DNA of 64,000 bases from an uncultured Chloroflexota bacterium (lineage in GTDB: Bacteria > Chloroflexota > Anaerolineae > UBA4142 > SHND01), in the NCBI GenBank assembly GCA_937870825.1, contig CALMZO010000056.1, positions 5,120 to 69,119 of the forward strand. Reading direction: 5' to 3'. This document shows positions 47,135-56,495 of the stretch, piece after piece (the first letter of the stretch is position 1; the number at the start of each line of letters is the position of its first letter). A program made the position numbers and the translations under genes. The notes under the pieces were generated by a model. The model saw only the letters and a program-made list of their open reading frames with translations, ran no database searches and was not told the origin of the DNA.

Positions 47135-48478
47135 TTATTTTCGTGAAAATCGTTGTTTTAGCCACCATAACACGTTAAAAGATTGCAATTTGTTAATATG
47201 CGCCTGTTTTGCGTCAACATCGCTTTTTAGATTGTGAATGTATCTGGTCCGCTCATCAAGTAACTGTTCTGTGCGAGCGATATAGTGACGGACATTTGCA
47301 GATTGCTCCGTTTCTCGGTACCACAACGCGGCTGGAATGGTTGGCACAGCTGTCAAGGGCGAAATTTCTTGGAGTCGCACAAGCAGCTCGTCAACGCGCG
47401 CGCGCCACGTACAGTTTTTCAAGTACGCATCAATGACGCTGCGGTCAATGGAAATGTTCGCGGCGCGTTCGACGGCTTGCAAAAATTCTTGCGGGGAATC
47501 GGCGAGATACACATACGGCATGTTCGCCAACTGCGGCAAGTGCGTTGCGACAACAGGTTTGTAACCACTCAAATACTCGTACACTTTTAACGGGTCACGC
47601 GCGCGATTGAATGCGTTGTCGGGAAACGGAATCAGCGCGACATTAAATCTTTCAAGATAACGCGGCAATTCCTCATGCGCTACGCGTCCAAGCAGTTTAA
47701 CATTCGACACTGCGCGCAGACGTTCCTCGACGCGCGGCAAATTGGAATCAACATCAATGGGCCCAATCAATTCAATCGTCCATTGCGGGCGCGCGCGCGC
47801 AAGGTATTCGATGAGTCCGACATCCACGTTGAACGCGTTGACGTGACCCCAAAAGCCGAGTGTGAACGCTGCCGCGTTCGGGGGCGCGCGGTGTTTTGGC
47901 GCATACGCGCGAAAAAGTTCGACGTCGAATCCTTGTCGCAATAAATGAATCGGCGCGCGGTGTTCCCACTGCGATAATTTTTCGACGAGCGTTGTCGAAA
48001 CGGCAAGCACCAAATCGCTCTGCGCCACCAAAAATTTTTCCGCTTCCACATTCGCAAAATACAAACCGATTTCGGGAAACGCTTCAAAATCGTCGAGCGC
48101 GTCGTACACGATTTTGTAACCGCGTTCTCGAAACCAAGAAAACCATTCGACAAAGGGAACGAAGGGGTCTGCGTACATCACAACGCGTTCCGCGTGCGGT
48201 GTTTCAAATTCGTCGAGCGCGCGCAAAAATGTCTCGCGTGAATGGATACGCGGGTCAAGCCCGAACCACGCGCGGCGCAGCGCGGTCTCGGTATAACCCA
48301 ATTCCGCAAAACTCAACACCCGCAAATTTTTTTGCGGCGCGACATTTTCACTCTTGACCACTTCGACAAACAAAACGGAATGCCCGCGCGCCAACAGTTC
48401 GCGCGCGAAAAAATGAATGGGACGCCCTACCCCGCCCATTTCCGTCCAGCCCTGCGTCGAGAGAAAAACAAAATCCAT
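47135..48478 (-). CDS. Glycosyltransferase (TuaH-like) with coiled-coil tail
   Basis: YDALDD, LGFWGHV, DPLKVYEYLS. Confidence 0.85.
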   Translation of the reverse strand: MDFVFLSTQGWTEMGGVGRPIHFFARELLARGHSVLFVEVVKSENVAPQKNLRVLSFAELGYTETALRRAWFGLDPRIHSRETFLRALDEFETPHAERVVMYADPFVPFVEWFSWFRERGYKIVYDALDDFEAFPEIGLYFANVEAEKFLVAQSDLVLAVSTTLVEKLSQWEHRAPIHLLRQGFDVELFRAYAPKHRAPPNAAAFTLGFWGHVNAFNVDVGLIEYLARARPQWTIELIGPIDVDSNLPRVEERLRAVSNVKLLGRVAHEELPRYLERFNVALIPFPDNAFNRARDPLKVYEYLSGYKPVVATHLPQLANMPYVYLADSPQEFLQAVERAANISIDRSVIDAYLKNCTWRARVDELLVRLQEISPLTAVPTIPAALWYRETEQSANVRHYIARTEQLLDERTRYIHNLKSDVDAKQAHINKLQSFNVLWWLKQRFSRK

Positions 48479-48484
48479 GCCGGT

Positions 48485-49726
48485 TCACGCGCCACGTTTC
48501 ACGAGACGCGCCAGCTGATTCAACACGCGCATCACGCGTCCGTTCGCGTACGCGTCGCGCTGCGCGGCAATGTCCATTTTGTCGCGCCACAATTCATCAC
48601 GCGCGTTTTGCAGCAATGGCACGAGTGCGGTGAATGCGCGAATCGCTTCCTCGTACTCTCCAAATGTTGTGTCGTCGCGTTCGAGCGGCGGAAGCGTTTG
48701 TGCGTACGCATACGCGTCGGCAATCGTCTGCGCGTGTTGTGACCAACTGCACGTTTCGAGTAAATGTTCGCGCAGTTTTGTTTGGCGCGGCGCGCGTTGC
48801 GCTTGCAAAACCGCGCGGTGAATGCTTTCTACATCCCCCGCGTCGCAATATGCGCCCGCCTCTCCGACATAGTCGCGCGCGCCATGTTCGCGGGTGAGCG
48901 CGATGTTGCAGCCCGCAACCGCTGCTTCCAGCGTCACCAAGCCAATCACTTCGAGCCAACTGACGAGCGCGTGTGTGTGCGCGGCAGCATACGCGGACGC
49001 GAGTTCCGCCTCCGAAAGCGACGGCAAGAAATACACATTCGCGCCCGCGTTACGTTTGCACAATGCCAAATAATGCGGCGCAAGCGAACCGCCTGCCAAC
49101 ACGAGCGTCACGTTTTCATCGCGCAGCGCGCGAATCAAATTCAATTGATTTTTGTTCGCGTCCACGCGTCCGACGCACAAGACAAAATCGCGCAGCCCGA
49201 ATTTTTCATGAAAAAGTTTTGGCGATGCCTGAGCATACCGCGTTTCAACACCGGACCACGCAATTACAATGCGTTCGCGCGCAATGCCAAAATCATTGAC
49301 CAGCGCGTCGGCTTCGCTCGGCGACAATGCAATCAACACATCGCACGCGTGATATATGACGCGCAGCAACGCGCGCTCGCTCTCGAGCTGCGCGGCGCGG
49401 ATTTTTGCTTCGCGTTCCGCTGTCGCGTCGGCATGAGACAATTCCGCCTGCGCGAGACCTTCGGTAAGATAACGCGTCGGATTCCAATACAGCGCGGTGG
49501 CGATGACGCGCAAACCCGCGCGTCGCGCCGCGAGCAAATTTTGAAATGTGCTGTAGACATCGGGCAAACTGTACAGGTGCGCGAACGCGTATGCGCCCTG
49601 TGGTGTTTCTCCGACGCGCGCGGCAAGGTCCCACTGGACGCCGCACGCAGCAATTTCGCGCTGCGTAGATTGAAACAGCGTCTTCATGCCGAACGCGTGC
49701 GCGGGCGGATAAACAAAAATATTCAT
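48485..49726 (-). CDS. GT4 glycosyltransferase
   Basis: VGRVDANKNQ, SWLEVIGLVTLEAAVAGC. Confidence 0.85.
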   Translation of the reverse strand: MNIFVYPPAHAFGMKTLFQSTQREIAACGVQWDLAARVGETPQGAYAFAHLYSLPDVYSTFQNLLAARRAGLRVIATALYWNPTRYLTEGLAQAELSHADATAEREAKIRAAQLESERALLRVIYHACDVLIALSPSEADALVNDFGIARERIVIAWSGVETRYAQASPKLFHEKFGLRDFVLCVGRVDANKNQLNLIRALRDENVTLVLAGGSLAPHYLALCKRNAGANVYFLPSLSEAELASAYAAAHTHALVSWLEVIGLVTLEAAVAGCNIALTREHGARDYVGEAGAYCDAGDVESIHRAVLQAQRAPRQTKLREHLLETCSWSQHAQTIADAYAYAQTLPPLERDDTTFGEYEEAIRAFTALVPLLQNARDELWRDKMDIAAQRDAYANGRVMRVLNQLARLVKRGA

Positions 49727-51027
49727 CGCAAAAATTTTCGCGCCCACCGCGCCAGTGGAAATTTGGCGAGTCGTTCCTGTTCGGCATTGCGCGCGATGAC
49801 AATCGCTTCCAATTCGCGCGCCCACATCGCGGTCTCGCGCGCGCGTGTTTCCAAGCGCGCCGAAAAAGTCTCGCGTAAATGCAGCAATTTGGTGAGTGCG
49901 AGTGCGGCGGCTTGCCATGCTTCCGCGTTCGCGCGCGGAATAAAAGGTTGCGGCTGCGCGGCGATTTCTTGATAGCATTCGCGCAAGGTGTGCGCGGCGC
50001 GTTCCCAGGTGAAACGTTCCGCGAGCCCGGATGCAAGACGCGTTTGACGCGGTGCGTCATACGCGGCGCGAATGGCGTCGTGAATCGAACGCGGGTCGGC
50101 GGGGTCGCACAACACAACATCGTCGCCAAAGTATTCGCGCGCGGGACCGTTTTGCGTCATCACGAGATTGCAGCCCGCGACGGCGGCTTCAAGCGCGGAC
50201 AAACCGACTTCTTCCCACCAACTCGCCAACACATGCACGCGCGCGGCGGCGAGCGCATCGGCAATCTGCGCGGGCGTGAGCGCGCCGATGAAATAAACAT
50301 TCGCGCTTGCTTCGCGTTTGCACAATTCCAAATAATTGGCATCGGGCGCGTTGCCGGCAAACACGAGCGGAATCGTTTCGTCGCGCCACGCGCGAAGGAC
50401 GCCGATGGTGTTTTTGCGTTCCTCGATGCGCGCCGCCGAAAAAATAAAATCGCGCACGTTGTGCGTTTGAAAAAAACGTTCGGCATCACCGCGCGCATAA
50501 TCAGGATTTACCCCGTTGTACACCACGCGCATTTTCTCACGCGCCGCGCCGAATTCCTCTGCGAGCAAATTTTCTTCGCCGCGCGATTTGGGAAAAATGT
50601 GCGCTGCCGCCTGACAAACGAGTTGATGCGTGGCGCGCGAAAATTGTTCGCTCTGCATAAAAAGTTCGCGTGACAAGGCGCGGTCTTGCTCGTCCAAGTT
50701 GCCGAGAAAAAATTCGGGGCGTTCGCCGCGTGTCGCGCGTAAACGCGTTTCAAACCAATGCGCGTGCGACCAATAAATCGGCGTGACGACGAGAGGTTTG
50801 TGCGCGGCGCGTGCGCGTGCAACATATTCAAGCGCCACAGCGCCGTCCGTCAAATTGTAAAGATGAACAAGCGTGTACGGTTCGAGCGCGTGCGCGGGGT
50901 CATCGGAAATATCACACACAATCTTCTGCGCGCGCAGCGCTTGCATCGTGTGTTCGAGCGAAACCAAATCGCCGCCGTGTGGCGCAGTGCGGCGGCGCGT
51001 CCAGAACAGGACAGAAATTTCACCCAT
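49723..51027 (-). CDS. GT4 glycosyltransferase with coiled-coil tail
   Basis: HGGD, ARIEERKN, SWWEEVGLSALEA. Confidence 0.85.
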   Translation of the reverse strand: MGEISVLFWTRRRTAPHGGDLVSLEHTMQALRAQKIVCDISDDPAHALEPYTLVHLYNLTDGAVALEYVARARAAHKPLVVTPIYWSHAHWFETRLRATRGERPEFFLGNLDEQDRALSRELFMQSEQFSRATHQLVCQAAAHIFPKSRGEENLLAEEFGAAREKMRVVYNGVNPDYARGDAERFFQTHNVRDFIFSAARIEERKNTIGVLRAWRDETIPLVFAGNAPDANYLELCKREASANVYFIGALTPAQIADALAAARVHVLASWWEEVGLSALEAAVAGCNLVMTQNGPAREYFGDDVVLCDPADPRSIHDAIRAAYDAPRQTRLASGLAERFTWERAAHTLRECYQEIAAQPQPFIPRANAEAWQAAALALTKLLHLRETFSARLETRARETAMWARELEAIVIARNAEQERLAKFPLARWARKFLR

Positions 51028-52312
51028 TCGATTTTTTCACCGCGCCGCGCAATGCCGCGCGCAGCGAAGGCGGCTGCTGCAAACGCGCTTGCATCTCTAA
51101 TGCCCACGTTTCCAAATCGCGTTTGCCTTGTTGCAACTTACTATTTTCGCGTTCGAGTTCGTCGTAATTTTCCGCCATGCGAATCGCCAACTGTTGCAGC
51201 GCGTCCCAGTGGATGTTTGGTTCATGGCGCTGCGCGAGAATTTCGTCATACGCCTCGCGCGTCGCTTGCGCGGAACGTTCCCATGTGAACTGCGCGCGGA
51301 TTTTTTCCGCCAGCTGTGTTGTGCGCGGATGTTCGAGCGCAATCTGAATCGCGGCGCGTATCGAATCGGGACGCGCGGGGTCGCACAACACAACATCATC
51401 GCCAAAGTATTCGCGCGCGGGCCCGTTTTGCGTCATCACGAGATTGCAGCCCGCGAGCCCGGCTTCGAGCGCGGCGAGCCCCACTTCTTCCCACCAACTC
51501 GCCATCACATGCACGCGCGCCGCGGCACCGGCATCCGCGATTTGCGCGGGCGTGAGCGCGCCGACGAAATGAACATTCGCGCTTGCTTCGCGTTTGCACA
51601 ATTCCCAATACGCGGGTTCAGAAATCGGACCCGCCAACACCAATGGAATGTTTTCCTCGCGCCACGCGCGAATCAGTCCGATTTGATTTTTGCGATGTTG
51701 AAAACGCGCCGCGCTAAAAACAAAGCCGCGTACGCCAAACTCTTGTTCAAATCGCGCGGCGTCGCCGTTCGCGTACTTGGCGTCCACGCCGTAAAACGTG
51801 AGCTGCATTTTTTCGCGCGGCGCGCCAAATTCCTTTAGCAAAAGTTCGCCTTCGCCGCGCGAGAGAATCAAAATTTTAGCGGCGATGCTCAACACCAACT
51901 GCTGCGCGTCGCGTAACAATTCCGCTTCGCGTTTCCGCGTTGCGCGCAAACGCGCTTGCGCGTCCTCTGTCGGCGCGTCCAAAAAAAATTCGGGATACTG
52001 CGCGGGCGTTGCGTGTTGATACGTTTCCAGATACTGTGCGTGGCTCCAGTACAGCGGTGTGACAACGAGCGGCTTGTGGGCGCGCAGCGCGCGCAGCGCA
52101 TAGTCCGTCGCGGAATACGGGTCGCACAAATTGTACAAATGCGCAATGTCGTACGAATCGAGCGCGATATGCGGGTCATCGGAAATGGTCGCGCGAACGT
52201 CGAACGCGCGCAGTGCGTCAACTGTCGCCCGGAGCGCAACCATATCGCCGCCCGGTTTGTACGGACGACGGCGAAACCAATAGAGGACGGAAAGCGGTGC
52301 GTGGCGCATCAT
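51020..52312 (-). CDS. GT4 glycosyltransferase with coiled-coil tail
   Basis: PGGD, ARFQHRKNQ, SWWEEVGLAALEA. Confidence 0.85.
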   Translation of the reverse strand: MMRHAPLSVLYWFRRRPYKPGGDMVALRATVDALRAFDVRATISDDPHIALDSYDIAHLYNLCDPYSATDYALRALRAHKPLVVTPLYWSHAQYLETYQHATPAQYPEFFLDAPTEDAQARLRATRKREAELLRDAQQLVLSIAAKILILSRGEGELLLKEFGAPREKMQLTFYGVDAKYANGDAARFEQEFGVRGFVFSAARFQHRKNQIGLIRAWREENIPLVLAGPISEPAYWELCKREASANVHFVGALTPAQIADAGAAARVHVMASWWEEVGLAALEAGLAGCNLVMTQNGPAREYFGDDVVLCDPARPDSIRAAIQIALEHPRTTQLAEKIRAQFTWERSAQATREAYDEILAQRHEPNIHWDALQQLAIRMAENYDELERENSKLQQGKRDLETWALEMQARLQQPPSLRAALRGAVKKSNG

Positions 52313-53676
52313 TTCAGCGTGGGGATGAATTTTCTAAACCGCGCGGTCAAGGATTGTTCATGCGCGTGGTTGGCGCGTTCCAATTCCTGCGCCCATTGTT
52401 GCAGCTGCGCGACTTCTTGTTTCAATTGCGCGTGTTCGCCCAACGCGGCGAGGAGCTGCTGCCATTCGCGCACTTCCAAACGCGCAATCGGCTGCGCGTT
52501 TGCGATTTGTTCCAGTTCCGCCGCGTCGAATGCGCCGTACCGCGCGCGCGGCTGGTGCAACATGCGCGCGGTCAATTCCAAAAACGTGTCCGCGCGTTGA
52601 CTCCATGTGTGTTGTTTGAGAAATTCGTCAAGCACCCGCAGTTCGACATGTTCTTGCCGCGCGCGTTCAATTTCCGTGATGGCTTGTTGCGCGCCGGATG
52701 CGATGTGCACGTACGGAATGCCTTGCAACTGCGGCATATGCGTGGCGACGACGGGTTTGTAACACGCGAGATATTCGTACAGTTTAATCGGGTCACGCCC
52801 GCGCGACATTTCGTTATCGGGCGCGGGAATGAGACACACATCAAAGGCGCGCGCGTAATTTTTCAGTTCGGCGTGCGGCACGCGTCCGTGAAAACGAACG
52901 TTGGGGAATTCCGCCAACGGTTCGTACACCGAATACGCTTGCGGCACGGGTTCGTACGGTCCGAGCAAATTGATTGCCCACTGCGGCTTGGCTTGAGCAA
53001 GCGCGCGCAAGAGTTCCGCGTCCACCATCGGCGCGATGAGCGAACCCCACATGCCGAGTGTGCATTCCGCGCCGCGCAAAACATTCGCGGGAAGATGCGT
53101 CGCGTTTTGAAATTCGCGCGGCTCGACGGCATCGGGAACGAGTTCGACATTTCGCCCAAAGCGCGCCAATTTTTTTGCGACGGGTTCTGCGAGGGCAAGA
53201 TTCAAATCGGCGCGCGTGACAAGATAGTCTTCGAGGCGCGGATTGAATTGATTCATTCCCAACGCGAACATCGCGGCGTAATCGTCCTGCGCGTAATAGA
53301 CGCACCACGCGCCGCGCGTTTGCAAAAAAGCAAGCAGCTGCGCGAACGGCGCGAACGGGGAATTGAGAACGACGATGCGCGGTTCGTTCGCGGCGAATGT
53401 TTCATCCAACCATTTTTCGATGCGCGGAAAAATTTCGGTGAGCGCGCCGAGCGGCACACCGCGCCATGCCAACATGACCGCGAGCGGATGCACGCCAAAT
53501 TCCTCCAGCCCCGCGATGGAAATGTTCAAGCCGCGCGTGTCGCGCGTTTCGCTGCGGCGGTGTTCGAGAAACGCGACGCGGTGCCCGCGTGAGGCGAGTT
53601 CGAGCGCGAGACGCGTCGGCGCGTACGTTCCGCCCGTTTCGTCCCACGCCATCGTCGAAAGAAACAAGACGTTCAC
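52309..53676 (-). CDS. Glycosyltransferase (TuaH-like) with coiled-coil tail
   Basis: GTG start overlaps upstream TGA; YYAQDD, DPIKLYEYLAC. Confidence 0.85.
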   Translation of the reverse strand: MNVLFLSTMAWDETGGTYAPTRLALELASRGHRVAFLEHRRSETRDTRGLNISIAGLEEFGVHPLAVMLAWRGVPLGALTEIFPRIEKWLDETFAANEPRIVVLNSPFAPFAQLLAFLQTRGAWCVYYAQDDYAAMFALGMNQFNPRLEDYLVTRADLNLALAEPVAKKLARFGRNVELVPDAVEPREFQNATHLPANVLRGAECTLGMWGSLIAPMVDAELLRALAQAKPQWAINLLGPYEPVPQAYSVYEPLAEFPNVRFHGRVPHAELKNYARAFDVCLIPAPDNEMSRGRDPIKLYEYLACYKPVVATHMPQLQGIPYVHIASGAQQAITEIERARQEHVELRVLDEFLKQHTWSQRADTFLELTARMLHQPRARYGAFDAAELEQIANAQPIARLEVREWQQLLAALGEHAQLKQEVAQLQQWAQELERANHAHEQSLTARFRKFIPTLK

Positions 53677-54761
53677 ACTTGCCTCAATCGCCGCAACGCG
53701 CGGACGAGCGGGTGCGCTTCGAGTTTTTCCAAGTCCGCCATACGCGCTTGCGCCCACGCCTGCTGTTCTTGAATGATACGCGCGCGTTCCTCGGCGGTGC
53801 GCCGCCATGCTTCGCGCTGCGCGGCATGTTCGTACACCTTGTCCCACACCTGCGCGCTCGCTTTTTGCTGTTCGTCTAAAAAGGCTTCCAACGTTTCGGG
53901 CGCGGTCAAACTCAACAGACCAAACAACAAACTGCGGCGCGCGTTCGTCGTTTCGTTTTGCGTCAACAACATTTCCGCGCACGCGTCGAATGACGCCGCT
54001 GCTTGCGCGGAATCTTTTGTGTCGGGCAAATCCGCGCGTTCGTTCAGTTGCGCGTACAACGCGCACGCGTCGGCATGAACGCGCCGCAAAATTTTTTCGC
54101 CGCTGTCGGGCAACGGCGCGCGTCGCAATTCATTCGCTTGGTACTGCGCGTCGCGCGTTGCCGCGCCCAAATTCAATTCCAAACCAAAACGTTCGCGGAG
54201 CAAGCGGTTGAACGTTTCGATTTGGTCAATGATTGCGTAACTGTGACAGAGCAGTGTTTGTTGTGGATGCCGCGTGTGAAAATCCGCAAGCGCGCGATTG
54301 TACGCATACCACGCTTCCAAACCTTCGAGCAAACCGAGCATGCGCAATTGATTGCGGCGCATGAGCGAGAGCAGCACGTCGAACGGGTGACGATAGACGA
54401 ACAAAAAATGCGCGTTGGGAATTTTCTCGCGCCAAAATTCCAGAAACAAACTCGTGCGCGGGTCTTTCCAGCCCCACACGCCAAATTGCGCGCGTGCGGC
54501 GAGCAATTCGTTCGCGCGCGCGTGTTCTTGTGTCGTTGGCTCGAAATGAAAATCACGCTCCACCAAAATCGCTTTGCCGCGCGCGTGCAACACGCGCTCG
54601 TGAAATTCATAAAATTCGACATCCTCAAAAAAACCGCGCGGATTTTGCGAATTTGCTTCGAGCAGCTGCGCGCCGAAATGCACACCTGCGCGCTGAAACA
54701 ACGACGCAATCAGCGACGTGGCAGAGCGATGCATTCCGGTGAGAATGAGGACGTGAGACAT
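53673..54761 (-). CDS. Sulfotransferase family protein with coiled-coil tail
   Basis: ILTGMHRSATS (5'-PSB loop), NPRGFFED, WGWKDPRT, VYRHP. Confidence 0.85.
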   Translation of the reverse strand: MSHVLILTGMHRSATSLIASLFQRAGVHFGAQLLEANSQNPRGFFEDVEFYEFHERVLHARGKAILVERDFHFEPTTQEHARANELLAARAQFGVWGWKDPRTSLFLEFWREKIPNAHFLFVYRHPFDVLLSLMRRNQLRMLGLLEGLEAWYAYNRALADFHTRHPQQTLLCHSYAIIDQIETFNRLLRERFGLELNLGAATRDAQYQANELRRAPLPDSGEKILRRVHADACALYAQLNERADLPDTKDSAQAAASFDACAEMLLTQNETTNARRSLLFGLLSLTAPETLEAFLDEQQKASAQVWDKVYEHAAQREAWRRTAEERARIIQEQQAWAQARMADLEKLEAHPLVRALRRLRQV

Positions 54762-54767
54762 AGAAAT

Positions 54768-54847
54768 CAATGGACAATGCACAATGCACAATCATGTAAT
54801 CCAATTTCCAATTTCCAATTTCCAACTTTAATTTCCAACCTTCAAAC
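54768..54847. repeat. Two adjacent heptamer arrays
   Basis: CAATGGA CAATGCA CAATGCA, then TCCAATT x3 TCCAACT..TCCAACC; contains the stop at 54828. Confidence 0.82.
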
Positions 54848-56495
54848 ACCCTTGCTTGTTCTTGGCGAAATATTTTTCCGCGAATTCGGGCATGGTATAG
54901 TAACGCCCTCGCCCTATCGCGCGGCAGCGGTCCAACAGGGTCAAACCGCTGACCGCGTTCTCGATAAACTTGGAATGGGCGGGATTGGAAAAATGACCCG
55001 GGCGCGCGCGTGAAAGCGAAATCAGCGCGGGTCTTTGGGCAAGCGTCGCGTTCACCATGCCGCGAAACCCTTCCGGTTCAAACAAGTCCACCGCGCGGTC
55101 CACGCCGCCGAAAATGTAAATGTACTTGTTGACATTCGTGCGCTGCATAAAAAACAACAGGTCTGTTTTGCCGAGCAGCCACAACGGCGCGTCGGGACTG
55201 ATGATGCGATTCAACTCGTCGGCAACGCGCTGCTGCTGCTGCCATGTGGTGGGGGTCGGCTCGCCGCCCATCGGCTGTGTGATGCGAACGAGCATAAAAC
55301 TGACAATCACGCAGGCGAGCGCGGCGTACACAATTTGCCGCGCGATCAATGAGGCGTTGAAAATTTTCAACACGCGCAAACAAATCGTCCACAGCAGCCA
55401 CGCGGCAAACATCGAAACAAAGGGCAGCAGCGGAATCCAGTCGGGATAATTTTGAAAATCCGAAAACGAGTACGCCAAAAATCCAAAGACGACGAGCAGG
55501 GTTGCCGACGTGCGCCGATTTTGAAACATAAAGTAAAACGCGCGACGCGCGATTGCCCGGACGCGCGCCTGCTTGGTTGAAACGAAATGCGCGCCGAGCC
55601 ATGTCACCAGACCCGCCGCGCCGAGTGCGCCAAAAACAATGTGCGTGCCAAAACCTTCGTAAAACGTTTTGCCCATTTGCCACACGCGCGCGTCAAATCG
55701 TTTGCTGACCGCCTGGCGCATCAACGCGGGCGCTAAAAAGGTTTGTTGAAGCATTTCGACGTGCGCGTTGTGCGCGAAAAAATAAACAAAGTATAGCGCG
55801 AGAACAACGAACGCCGCGCCCAGTGTGATTGCGACGGCGCGCCGACGCGTCGAAAATGTTTTGCCGCCTTGTACTGCCGCGAGCAATACCGCGACGACGA
55901 GATAACCCCACGCGATTTGCCACGCGAGACCCGCCGCGCCCGCGCCCGCGCCCGCCCAGAGCCATTTGCGTTTGTGCAAAAAATAAATTGTGCCGAGACC
56001 CAACACGAGCATCAACGATTTGGGTTCGAGCGTCGTCGCCGCGCGCACCGCGTAACCGTGAAAACCAATCAGCACGAGTCCCGCGAGAAACGCAACGGCG
56101 CGCGAACGTGTGAATACTTTGCTCGTGACGTACGTCAGCACGACGACGCTCGCCATCACCAGCATTCCGGCGATGCGAAAGGAAATGAGATGATGCGCGC
56201 CGAACACATCGCCGAGCCGCATCACCGCGCCGCCAAACAAAAACGTGAGCGATGCTTGTTCGTTGAACGCGTATTTGTGCGGCGCGAGTCCGAACGCGAC
56301 GAGCTGCGAGAGGTACGCAAAAATTCCGGGGTCGAAATAAATGGAACGCTGAAACGGCGCGTATTGCCACAACACGACAAGCGTGACGAAAAATAAAATC
56401 AGCGGCGGCGCCAGCAGCAACAACCATTCGCGCACACGCAGTTCGGATTGCGTCAACGGCTCATTCCTTTGTAACGCGCGCAATGCAAGTTTCAT
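54828..56495 (-). CDS. Polytopic membrane protein, GT-C (ArnT/PMT-like)
   Basis: About 12 TM segments; D in the first loop (YFDPGIF); resembles 58217-59845. Confidence 0.6.
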   Translation of the reverse strand: MKLALRALQRNEPLTQSELRVREWLLLLAPPLILFFVTLVVLWQYAPFQRSIYFDPGIFAYLSQLVAFGLAPHKYAFNEQASLTFLFGGAVMRLGDVFGAHHLISFRIAGMLVMASVVVLTYVTSKVFTRSRAVAFLAGLVLIGFHGYAVRAATTLEPKSLMLVLGLGTIYFLHKRKWLWAGAGAGAAGLAWQIAWGYLVVAVLLAAVQGGKTFSTRRRAVAITLGAAFVVLALYFVYFFAHNAHVEMLQQTFLAPALMRQAVSKRFDARVWQMGKTFYEGFGTHIVFGALGAAGLVTWLGAHFVSTKQARVRAIARRAFYFMFQNRRTSATLLVVFGFLAYSFSDFQNYPDWIPLLPFVSMFAAWLLWTICLRVLKIFNASLIARQIVYAALACVIVSFMLVRITQPMGGEPTPTTWQQQQRVADELNRIISPDAPLWLLGKTDLLFFMQRTNVNKYIYIFGGVDRAVDLFEPEGFRGMVNATLAQRPALISLSRARPGHFSNPAHSKFIENAVSGLTLLDRCRAIGRGRYYTMPEFAEKYFAKNKQGCLKVGN

